Program-made: the position numbers and the translations under genes | Origin: a virus | DNA length: 30,240 nt | IMG/VR virus record: IMGVR_UViG_3300022902_000003 | Direction: 5' to 3' (one strand) | In this document: positions 8,392 to 14,987 of the stretch, piece by piece | Numbering within the stretch: position 1 is the first letter of the stretch | How the letters are laid out: each line of letters starts with the position of its first letter | The notes under the pieces: generated by a model | Seen by the model: the letters and a program-made list of their open reading frames with translations, nothing else | What the model was told of the DNA's origin: nothing | Database searches by the model: none

Positions 8392-8576
8392 TGGTTTAAA
8401 TTATTTGAACATTTACACATTTCGCATTTATTACACATTTTGCGATAACTTATTGAGAGGTTGCAACCGTGGGCCTGATTACTCATACAACTTAATAAAG
8501 TATTATATTGTTTATCTTTTATTTTAAGTTGATCCGTTAAAAATTTAATTTGTTTCTGATAAAAAACCGTATACAT
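8376..8576 (-). CDS. Small Cys-rich protein (start taken at the internal Met; the ORF extends to 8636)
   Basis: MYTVFYQKQIKFLTDQLKIKDKQYNTLL...CNKCEMCKC. The helical motif resembles the repressor C-terminus EQIRVKDRQIEML. Confidence 0.4.
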   Translation of the reverse strand: MYTVFYQKQIKFLTDQLKIKDKQYNTLLSCMSNQAHGCNLSISYRKMCNKCEMCKCSNNLNQCKSA

Positions 8577-8647
8577 CTTAAAAGTTTTATAATTTATATA
8601 TAAAATTAATGTATCGGTTTGTGTCAAAAATAACAAATTTTTAACAA

Positions 8648-9040
8648 CTAGCCGGTTTTATGTATATTATTACTCCTTTTGTTTTTTTCGGTCTTTAATA
8701 AGTCGGTTAACATTTCAATTTGGCGATCTTTTACCCTTATTTGCTCCAGCAATAAGCTATTAATGTGCCTTAATTCGTCGGCCACGGTAATTTTTGAGTA
8801 CTCGCCAGTACCCTCACTTAATATATTACTGGGTTCGGCCAGGGGTATATCGAGCAACTCGTTTAATTTAACCCTGGCCGTGTGTTTTAGCCGGTTTTGT
8901 TTCATGGCCTTTAAAAAACCATTATACGAGTAACCAATTTGCTCGGCCAAATCGACAAGGCTTATGCCCTTGCCTTTTGCCACCCTTTTTATTTCGTTAT
9001 AATTCAGCACTTTATAAATTAATATGCATTTAATATACAT
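8648..9040 (-). CDS. CI-like repressor (XRE-type HTH plus a coiled-coil C-terminus)
   Basis: 130 aa with the HTH segment ISLVDLAEQIGYSYNGFLKAMKQ. It is divergent from the early operon. Confidence 0.7.
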   Translation of the reverse strand: MYIKCILIYKVLNYNEIKRVAKGKGISLVDLAEQIGYSYNGFLKAMKQNRLKHTARVKLNELLDIPLAEPSNILSEGTGEYSKITVADELRHINSLLLEQIRVKDRQIEMLTDLLKTEKNKRSNNIHKTG

Positions 9041-9046
9041 TTTTAC

Positions 9047-9077
9047 TTGACAAATGTGTGTTTATAGTTTATATTTG
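9047..9077 (+). promoter_or_regulatory. Candidate early promoter, TTG-N20-TATATTTG
   Basis: TTG at 9047..9049 and TATATTTG at 9070..9077 match the Bacteroidota -33/-7 consensus (TTG ... TAnnTTTG). They lie 40 nt upstream of the ATG at 9117. Confidence 0.4.
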
Positions 9078-9101
9078 CCGCTTGTTAATATTTATTTAGT
9101 A

Positions 9102-9132
9102 CAAATATATACATAAATGCAAGCCAACGCAA
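9102..9132 (-). promoter_or_regulatory. Candidate repressor-side promoter, TTG-N20-TATATTTG on the minus strand
   Basis: The reverse complement of 9102..9109 is TATATTTG. The reverse complement of 9130..9132 is TTG, with a 20-nt spacer. It faces the plus-strand promoter. Confidence 0.35.
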
Positions 9133-9512
9133 TACCACAAATGCACCAAAATGCATTAAGCCCTCGCGAGCTCGAAATAATATATTATTTAGCTTGGGGC
9201 TTTTCTGATAAAGAAGTAGCGCACCAGCTTAATATATCAACTCACACCGTACGAACCCACCACGGTAATATTAATATAAAAACAAACTCGCGTAACCTGG
9301 CCGATGTGGCACGCTGGTATTTTGAAACCCATACCACCCAAAGCTTTGGCATACGCCCCACACTGGCCCGTATAATGGCCGTATGTGTGTTTTTATTATT
9401 AATTGTTATTGGCGAGTTAATTAATAGCCCCATGATCCGTACCCGTTCGATTAAAACGGCAAAGGTGGCACGCCGCGCCAGGGCAAAACGAAATAATACA
9501 CTCACAATATGA
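9117..9512 (+). CDS. LuxR/GerE-type HTH regulator with a C-terminal TM anchor (cro-position gene)
   Basis: 131 aa. LSPRELEIIYYLAWGFSDKEVAHQLNISTHTVRTHHGNI is GerE-like. It also has the hydrophobic helix IMAVCVFLLLIVIGELI and a basic tail. Confidence 0.7.
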   Translation: MQANAIPQMHQNALSPRELEIIYYLAWGFSDKEVAHQLNISTHTVRTHHGNINIKTNSRNLADVARWYFETHTTQSFGIRPTLARIMAVCVFLLLIVIGELINSPMIRTRSIKTAKVARRARAKRNNTLTI

Positions 9513-9694
9513 AAATTAAATTTTTCAAAGCTCGAGTAATGCTCGATATACAAGTGGATATAAACCGCGAAGTTGATTACACCCAAAAGGATGTAACCGA
9601 GGCCGAAATAATTGCCGAGCTTAAAAAGAAATATGGCCCAAAGGCCGAAATATACCTTTACACCAAACGCGAACAAATACCAATAACCCCATAA
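9509..9694 (+). CDS. Hypothetical early protein
   Basis: 61-aa ORF with an ATGA overlap to the upstream gene, same operon. Confidence 0.5.
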   Translation: MKIKFFKARVMLDIQVDINREVDYTQKDVTEAEIIAELKKKYGPKAEIYLYTKREQIPITP

Positions 9695-9695
9695 T

Positions 9696-9974
9696 ATGGA
9701 AGTAGCAACAAAAACCGATTTTATCGAGCTGGCCGATAGTCTTAACTCTAAAATAGACACCCTTATGAGCCTTATTACAACCAAGGCCGATACCAGTAGC
9801 CGCGTGCTTAACAGTATGCAAATACGTGAGCGCCTTAATTTGAGTTACCAATCGTTTCAAAATAAATTAGAGGGCCTTGTATCCGCTGGCATGTTTAAAG
9901 ATGGCCACTGGAAAATGCGCGAGGCCGATTTAGAAATTTATATAAACCAAAAAATTAGTAAAAATGGAAACTAA
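9696..9974 (+). CDS. Excisionase-like / HTH_17-like DNA-binding protein candidate
   Basis: 92 aa. MQIRERLNLSYQSFQNKLEGLVSAGMFKDGHWKMREADLEIYI resembles the excisionase-family winged HTH pattern by eye. Confidence 0.45.
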   Translation: MEVATKTDFIELADSLNSKIDTLMSLITTKADTSSRVLNSMQIRERLNLSYQSFQNKLEGLVSAGMFKDGHWKMREADLEIYINQKISKNGN

Positions 9975-10236
9975 AAAAAAGGTGCCCGTTACCGTGCCAC
10001 CGCCGGAGTTATTAACTATTAATCAAATACTCGATAAATTCGACCAGGTGCCAATTGATGCCATGAGCGCCCCCCTGGGCCGGATACGCCAAAACCTTAT
10101 TAACGATAAAAGGAGCCACCCAAAAGGTGGGTTAATTAAGGAGCCAAACACACAAATGATTTTGTTTTTAATTGAGGCAAGTATTAAAAACGATTCAAAC
10201 CGCACCGAAACCGCCGCCCATGCCCACGCTATTTAG
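9964..10236 (+). CDS. Hypothetical early protein
   Basis: 90-aa ORF in operon context. No motif was recognised. Confidence 0.5.
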   Translation: METKKKVPVTVPPPELLTINQILDKFDQVPIDAMSAPLGRIRQNLINDKRSHPKGGLIKEPNTQMILFLIEASIKNDSNRTETAAHAHAI

Positions 10237-10381
10237 TAGCCGGCCCATCGATATATTAAAGGAACATACCGCCCTCCAAAAGCGCATGCGTGCCCGGGCA
10301 ATTGAGTTTAAAAAAGCACTTAAAAAGTTAAAAGAAAATGGAAACAACCACAAAAAAACCATCGCAATGCGATCGAATTAA
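10220..10381 (+). CDS. Hypothetical small basic helical protein (start uncertain; the ORF opens at 10172)
   Basis: MPTLFSSRPIDILKEHTALQKRMRARAIEFKKALKKLKENG... It overlaps both neighbouring ORFs. Confidence 0.35.
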   Translation: MPTLFSSRPIDILKEHTALQKRMRARAIEFKKALKKLKENGNNHKKTIAMRSN

Positions 10382-10553
10382 AAGCGCCCTCGAGCGTGGC
10401 GATAGCCTTACCGGTATGCAAATATTAACCCGGTTTAATTGTCTTAATTATAAGGGCCGTATTTCTGATTTAAGGAGCTCCGGCGTAGCCATTAAAACCG
10501 AAATGATTAAAACCACCAGCGGCAAACGCGTTGCCCAATATAGTTTGGTATGA
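10338..10553 (+). CDS. Small winged-helix DNA-binding protein (HTH_39-like)
   Basis: 71 aa. The pattern is SALERGDSLTGMQILTRFNCLNYKGRISDLRSSGVAIKTEMIKTTSGKRVAQYSL, which is typical of this phage HTH family by eye. Confidence 0.55.
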   Translation: METTTKKPSQCDRIKSALERGDSLTGMQILTRFNCLNYKGRISDLRSSGVAIKTEMIKTTSGKRVAQYSLV

Positions 10554-10786
10554 GTATATTATTAACCCACCTTACACATACAAAAAGGTTATTAAGTGAT
10601 GCCCGCAAGTATAATATACCAGCCACGGCAATAATTAAGCATGTGGCCCAAATTGAGCGGCTAATTAAACGGGCTAGTTGTTTACACAACCCAATACCAA
10701 AACCATTTAAAACCGTACGCAGTACCGGTATAATATGGAAATGCGAAAAATGCAATAAAATAACCGGTATCGAAACAAACCCATAA
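10550..10786 (+). CDS. Hypothetical protein
   Basis: 78-aa ORF with an ATGA overlap to the upstream gene and a single CEKC motif near the C-terminus. Confidence 0.5.
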   Translation: MSILLTHLTHTKRLLSDARKYNIPATAIIKHVAQIERLIKRASCLHNPIPKPFKTVRSTGIIWKCEKCNKITGIETNP

Positions 10787-10790
10787 AATT

Positions 10791-11165
10791 ATGATCCTCG
10801 CGCCTTTTGCCATACCCGCTACGGTAAATATAACCTCACTTGAAAATTATTTTAAATTACCCCCTGGATCTATATTAAAAAAAACGCGCGTACGTGAAAT
10901 ATTAATGCCTCGCCAAATAGCTATTTGGTTGGACCACCACGAATACATGGAAAAATACCACGTGGTGGGCTGGAGTATAATAGCGCGAGCATATAATTTC
11001 GATAGGGCCTCAATACGGCATAGCGTTAAAACTGTAAACGACGATCTTAATAATAAGCTATATAAAAAAATGATGTACGATATACAAACTAAAATATATG
11101 GCCAAGTACGGTACCCTCACGCGCCCCAGGTAACCCCAGTTAAAAAACGAATTTCAATTTATTAA
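10791..11165 (+). CDS. DnaA C-terminal (domain IV)-like DNA-binding protein
   Basis: 124 aa. YFKLPPGSILKKTRVREILMPRQIAIWL...FDRASIRHSVKTV aligns by eye with E. coli DnaA domain IV ([28 protein letters not shown]...RDHTTVLHACRKI). Confidence 0.65.
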   Translation: MILAPFAIPATVNITSLENYFKLPPGSILKKTRVREILMPRQIAIWLDHHEYMEKYHVVGWSIIARAYNFDRASIRHSVKTVNDDLNNKLYKKMMYDIQTKIYGQVRYPHAPQVTPVKKRISIY

Positions 11166-11176
11166 GATTAGATAAA

Positions 11177-11992
11177 ATGGCAACCCCCACACTAAACGGC
11201 TACGATTTAACGCGCAACTGGTTCGATTTTTGTTTTGAAAACCCCGAACTTATAAAGCCATTACATACGGCCATTTATTGCTTTGCAATTGAACATTGCA
11301 ACCGCCTGGGCTGGAAAACAAAATACGGTTTTCCTTCACAAATGACCATGGACGCCATCGGCGTAAAAAAATACCAAACTTATATAAAGCATTTTAACGA
11401 GTTAATTGAATGGGGGTTTTTTGATCTTATACAAAAATCGAAAAATCAATACTCGGCAAATATAATTAGCCTTGTAAGTGCTATGCCAAAAAACGGCAAA
11501 GCAGTGGGCAAAGCATTGGATAAAGCAATTATAATGCATGGGGCAAAGCATGGGGTAAAGCAAGGTAAAAGCACCGGGCAAAGCAAGGACAGTATAAATA
11601 AACCAGTAAACAATAAACCAATAAACCAACAAACCAATAAACAAGTTACCGAGGCAAGCACGGTATACAATCAAATTAGAAAAATATTTTTAGATGAATT
11701 TAAAGAATTTACAAATACCGCATATTATTTTGAGGGCCGCGATGGGGCCAAAATTAAAAGCATAATAAAAAAAATAAAGCACGCATATAAAGCAAAGAAA
11801 AACCCGGCGCCCACCGATACCCAAATACTCGATGGCTTTCGGCATATACTTAACCGCGCAATGGCCGATGAATGGATAGCCGACCGCCTCACACTTTCAA
11901 TAATTGATAGCCAGTTTAATAAGTTAAAAATAGGTAAAAATGCAAAAAAAGAAAATCTCATTAGCGAAGTACTTGCCGATATTAACGGTTAA
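11177..11992 (+). CDS. Replication organizer / initiator candidate (DnaD- or DUF4373-like N-terminus) with internal iterons
   Basis: 271 aa. The N-terminal winged-helix-like region is NWFDFCFENPELIKPLHTAIYCFAIEHCNRLGW. It follows the DnaA-like gene and contains DNA-level repeat arrays. Confidence 0.5.
   Translation: MATPTLNGYDLTRNWFDFCFENPELIKPLHTAIYCFAIEHCNRLGWKTKYGFPSQMTMDAIGVKKYQTYIKHFNELIEWGFFDLIQKSKNQYSANIISLVSAMPKNGKAVGKALDKAIIMHGAKHGVKQGKSTGQSKDSINKPVNNKPINQQTNKQVTEASTVYNQIRKIFLDEFKEFTNTAYYFEGRDGAKIKSIIKKIKHAYKAKKNPAPTDTQILDGFRHILNRAMADEWIADRLTLSIIDSQFNKLKIGKNAKKENLISEVLADING
11493..11585. repeat. Iteron-like array A: about 8 copies of GG(C/T)AAAGCA at 11-12 bp spacing
   Basis: The AAAGCA ends fall at 11503, 11515, 11527, (11538, degenerate), 11550, 11562, 11573 and 11585. 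The motif falls in all three codon phases. Confidence 0.6.
11598..11644. repeat. Iteron-like array B: 8-bp tandem repeat A(T/C)AAAC(C/A)A, about 6 units
   Basis: Units occur at 11598, 11606 (degenerate), 11613, 11621, 11629 and 11637. The period is not a multiple of 3. An AT-rich stretch follows to about 11730. Confidence 0.6.
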
Positions 11993-12026
11993 TAACGTAA
12001 GTGAATTAACAGCCCGAGCCACAACC

Positions 12027-12554
12027 ATGGCAAAAATGTGGGATAGCGTCGAACCGTCGTTTATACGGATAAAAAAAGAACTTGGCGAAAAGGTTGTAAA
12101 ATCAATTATAGCCACCGAACTAGGCAAAATGGTTGATTTACTAAAGGCCGATATGCAAAAGGAACATGTTTTGTATATGGTAAATTATATCCTCCAGCAT
12201 TATTATAGTTATACAATAAGCGATTTAACCGTATTAACCGATCGCCTGGTAAAAAACAACCCATACGGCAAGCCAATAATGCAAAACTTAATATACGAAC
12301 TCGATCAATATAGTATTGACAAACAAGAGTACGCCGTCGATCAACATATAAAAGAAACCAACCAGCATAAACACAATACTATTAACCAGGATGTAAATAA
12401 TAAGATCCTTAAAATTTACGACAAAATGAAAGCCAAAGCACGCGAGCCACAACCAACCCAAAAACAAAAGGACCAGGCCGCCCAGGATGCCAACACCGAA
12501 AAAATAAAAGAATTACAACGGTTATACCCACAAAGTAAAATGAACCATGGATAA
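12027..12554 (+). CDS. Hypothetical early protein (the ORF opens at 11940; the Met at 12027 avoids overlap)
   Basis: 175-204 aa ORF with a K/Q/E-rich C-terminus. No motif was recognised. Confidence 0.55.
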   Translation: MAKMWDSVEPSFIRIKKELGEKVVKSIIATELGKMVDLLKADMQKEHVLYMVNYILQHYYSYTISDLTVLTDRLVKNNPYGKPIMQNLIYELDQYSIDKQEYAVDQHIKETNQHKHNTINQDVNNKILKIYDKMKAKAREPQPTQKQKDQAAQDANTEKIKELQRLYPQSKMNHG

Positions 12555-12768
12555 TATTTGCATTGCCACCCAAAAAAATAAAGGGTTACAAATGTGGGCG
12601 GCACGTTTAAATATCCATCAAAAGGAATTAAAAAGAAATTTAGAGTTTACTGGCTACGATAAAGAATTTAACAAACTCAAATGGAAAACTATAAAATCAA
12701 ATATAAAATACCATACCCGGCTAATAACAAAATGCCGCGAACGCATCGAATATTTTAAAGCAAAATAA
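12547..12768 (+). CDS. Hypothetical basic protein
   Basis: 73-aa ORF in operon context. Confidence 0.45.
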   Translation: MDNICIATQKNKGLQMWAARLNIHQKELKRNLEFTGYDKEFNKLKWKTIKSNIKYHTRLITKCRERIEYFKAK

Positions 12769-12773
12769 AAGCT

Positions 12774-13106
12774 ATGCCAACATTTCCAAAGTCAAAAAAA
12801 CGCCCATGGGTGCCCGAGCATAAAGCACAAACCGGCCGTAAGGTAACCAACCCATTTTACCATACCACGGCATGGCGTAATTTTCGCAATGCATACATAA
12901 AAGCGCACCCCCTTTGTGTTGATTGTTACCAGCTCGGTAATACCCGCACCGGTAACGTAGTGGACCATATACGGCAAATAAACCCCACCGATGCATATAA
13001 TACAGCCTTTGGCCATTATGGCGAGCCATTGGATGAAAGTAACGTGCAAACACTTTGCACACACCACCACGCAGTTAAATCAGGTAAAGAAACATGGAAA
13101 AAATAA
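12774..13106 (+). CDS. HNH endonuclease (packaging-associated type)
   Basis: 110 aa. CVDCYQLGNTRTGNVVDHI ... LCTHHHAVKS is an HNH zinc-finger pattern. It lies upstream of the P27-type TerS, as in HK97-like cos phages. Confidence 0.85.
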   Translation: MPTFPKSKKRPWVPEHKAQTGRKVTNPFYHTTAWRNFRNAYIKAHPLCVDCYQLGNTRTGNVVDHIRQINPTDAYNTAFGHYGEPLDESNVQTLCTHHHAVKSGKETWKK

Positions 13107-14017
13107 ACACGCCCCCCGATCCATATAAACTAATAAAGAAATTTTTAGCCGAGCGCGACGTCGTAAAGCTAAGTAAACGGCAATACGAGTTTAATATTAA
13201 CCGCTTTGTTACCTGGGCAATGCTCCAGGGTAAAAGCTTTGGCGAGCTCGGTATATCCGACGTACTTAAATATAAACAAAGCTTATTAGATGAAAACAAA
13301 ACCGACTTAACAGTAGCCTCATATATGACCACCTTAAAACTATTTTACGGTTGGTTAGCCATTAACGATATTACCCAGGATCTAACCACCAGCATAAGAA
13401 TAAACAGAACATACCGCACGTTTCGTAAACGCTCGCTAAGTATGGACCAGGCGAACGCACTATTAAAAACATTCGATCTTAAAACCCCAGGCGGTAAACG
13501 CGATTATGCAATAACTAATTTAATGTTACGTAACGGCTTGCGTGAGATTGAAGTTACCCGCATGAATGTGGGCGATATAATCGATTACAACCCCAAGCAA
13601 AAAGCAATAGTAATACAGCGCAAAGGTAAAACCGAGAAGGATGCCACCATACCATTATCAACAAAAGCCGAGGAGGCCATAGTAGATTACTTACTCGCCC
13701 GCCCTGGTAACTGGCAAGATACCGACCCGTTATTTATATCGTACGCTCGCCGAAATAAAAATAAAAGGTTAATACCCCACCATATAAGCGTTATGATTAA
13801 GCGGCATTTAATTGCCTCCGGTATTAACCACCCCATGGTTACGGCTCACAGCTTACGCCATACAGCCGCCACAATATTATTAGCATCCGGCTTAAACGAG
13901 TACGATGTAATGGTATTCATGGGGCACTCAAATTTTGCAACCACACAAATATATACACGACAAAAAGAAAAGGAAATGATTTTTAATAAAAACATAATCA
14001 AAAGCTTAGATTATTAG
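13094..14017 (+). CDS. Second tyrosine recombinase, XerC/XerD-like
   Basis: 307 aa with an N-terminal SAM-like core-binding domain. Catalytic motifs are GLREIEV (R), HSLRHTAAT (H-x-x-R) and GHSNFATTQIYTR (H..Y). Confidence 0.9.
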   Translation: MEKINTPPDPYKLIKKFLAERDVVKLSKRQYEFNINRFVTWAMLQGKSFGELGISDVLKYKQSLLDENKTDLTVASYMTTLKLFYGWLAINDITQDLTTSIRINRTYRTFRKRSLSMDQANALLKTFDLKTPGGKRDYAITNLMLRNGLREIEVTRMNVGDIIDYNPKQKAIVIQRKGKTEKDATIPLSTKAEEAIVDYLLARPGNWQDTDPLFISYARRNKNKRLIPHHISVMIKRHLIASGINHPMVTAHSLRHTAATILLASGLNEYDVMVFMGHSNFATTQIYTRQKEKEMIFNKNIIKSLDY

Positions 14018-14018
14018 C

Positions 14019-14053
14019 TAGTTGTAATATATCAGTGCATTATATTACAATTA
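14019..14053. repeat. lox-like inverted repeat: 13-bp arms (12/13 match) around a 9-bp asymmetric spacer
   Basis: TAGTTGTAATATA-TCAGTGCAT-TATATTACAATTA, starting 2 nt after the recombinase stop. A third half-site, ATTACAACC, lies at about 14165..14173. Confidence 0.55.
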
Positions 14054-14226
14054 CCTCCTGGCGCTGGTTTTTGAAAATAAAAAACATTTTAAGGGGGGTG
14101 CTATTTTTAAAAAATGAATATAATTATTTGAAAATTAATACAATAGGTAGGGGGGTTGAAAAATTACAACCTTTAATTTAGTAATCGCTTGCCTAGTCTT
14201 TTTTTTATATATGCAAAATTAGGAAA

Positions 14227-14754
14227 ATGCCAAAAGGAAGGAAACCAACACCAACGGCTTTAAAAAAATTAAGGGGCACCACTCAACCATGCCGAGAAAA
14301 TAAAAACGAACTGGTTGGCTCGCCACTTATAAAATTACCGTCGGCGCCAAGGTGGTTTAAAAAAAACGCCCGTAAAATTTACCGGGCCAAGGGTAAACAA
14401 TTACAAAATTTAAGCCTTTTAACCATCCTCGATTTAGAGTTATTCATTTCTTTTTGCCGTGAGTATGGTAATTATTTAGATACATCGGCCGAGCTCGATA
14501 ATTATGGCGTTAATAATACGCTCGATTTTCTCGCCAAAATAGATTTTGAGCGTATACCCCTCGAGAAAAAAGACGATGTAATGGAGGCATTAATGTTTGG
14601 CGAGGATCTTATTTTAAAAAGAATACAAAAAATTAATAAAGAAAGTTGGGAGCGGTCCAAAATATTAGCCTCCGAGTTTGGTTTTACACCCAGTGCCCGT
14701 ACAAAAATAGCAATGCCCGCCGGCGATAACGATGGCGATAACGATTTTGATTAA
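14227..14754 (+). CDS. terS: Terminase small subunit, P27 family
   Basis: 175 aa. The N-terminus MPKGRKPTPTALKKLRGT is characteristic of P27-family TerS. The C-terminus is acidic. Confidence 0.85.
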   Translation: MPKGRKPTPTALKKLRGTTQPCRENKNELVGSPLIKLPSAPRWFKKNARKIYRAKGKQLQNLSLLTILDLELFISFCREYGNYLDTSAELDNYGVNNTLDFLAKIDFERIPLEKKDDVMEALMFGEDLILKRIQKINKESWERSKILASEFGFTPSARTKIAMPAGDNDGDNDFD

Positions 14755-14763
14755 TAAAAAATT

Positions 14764-14964
14764 ATGATGAAAGTACAAAATATAAAAACATTAACCCACG
14801 CCAATAGGTTTTGCGAGGGCACTATAAATGATTTTGAAACCGGCATAAGCACAAAGGCCGAAACCATGGCCGCGCTTGGCGAATATACCGCGCATTTAAT
14901 GGGGTTGTTTTGGGAAAACGCCAAAGCTAGAATAAAAGCGAACCCCTCATTATTACTAGATTAA
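14764..14964 (+). CDS. Hypothetical protein, first ORF of the terS-terL insertion
   Basis: 66-aa ORF. No motif was recognised. Confidence 0.5.
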   Translation: MMKVQNIKTLTHANRFCEGTINDFETGISTKAETMAALGEYTAHLMGLFWENAKARIKANPSLLLD

Positions 14965-14987
14965 TTAAACCCTTTAAATATATACAC

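Noticed and set aside
11493-11644. Short tandem repeats read as a CRISPR array or as a simple peptide repeat.
   Set aside because: The units are only 8-12 bp with no spacers, so this is not a CRISPR array. The motif occupies all three codon phases and one array has an 8-bp period, so it is not a peptide repeat. It is interpreted as iterons instead.
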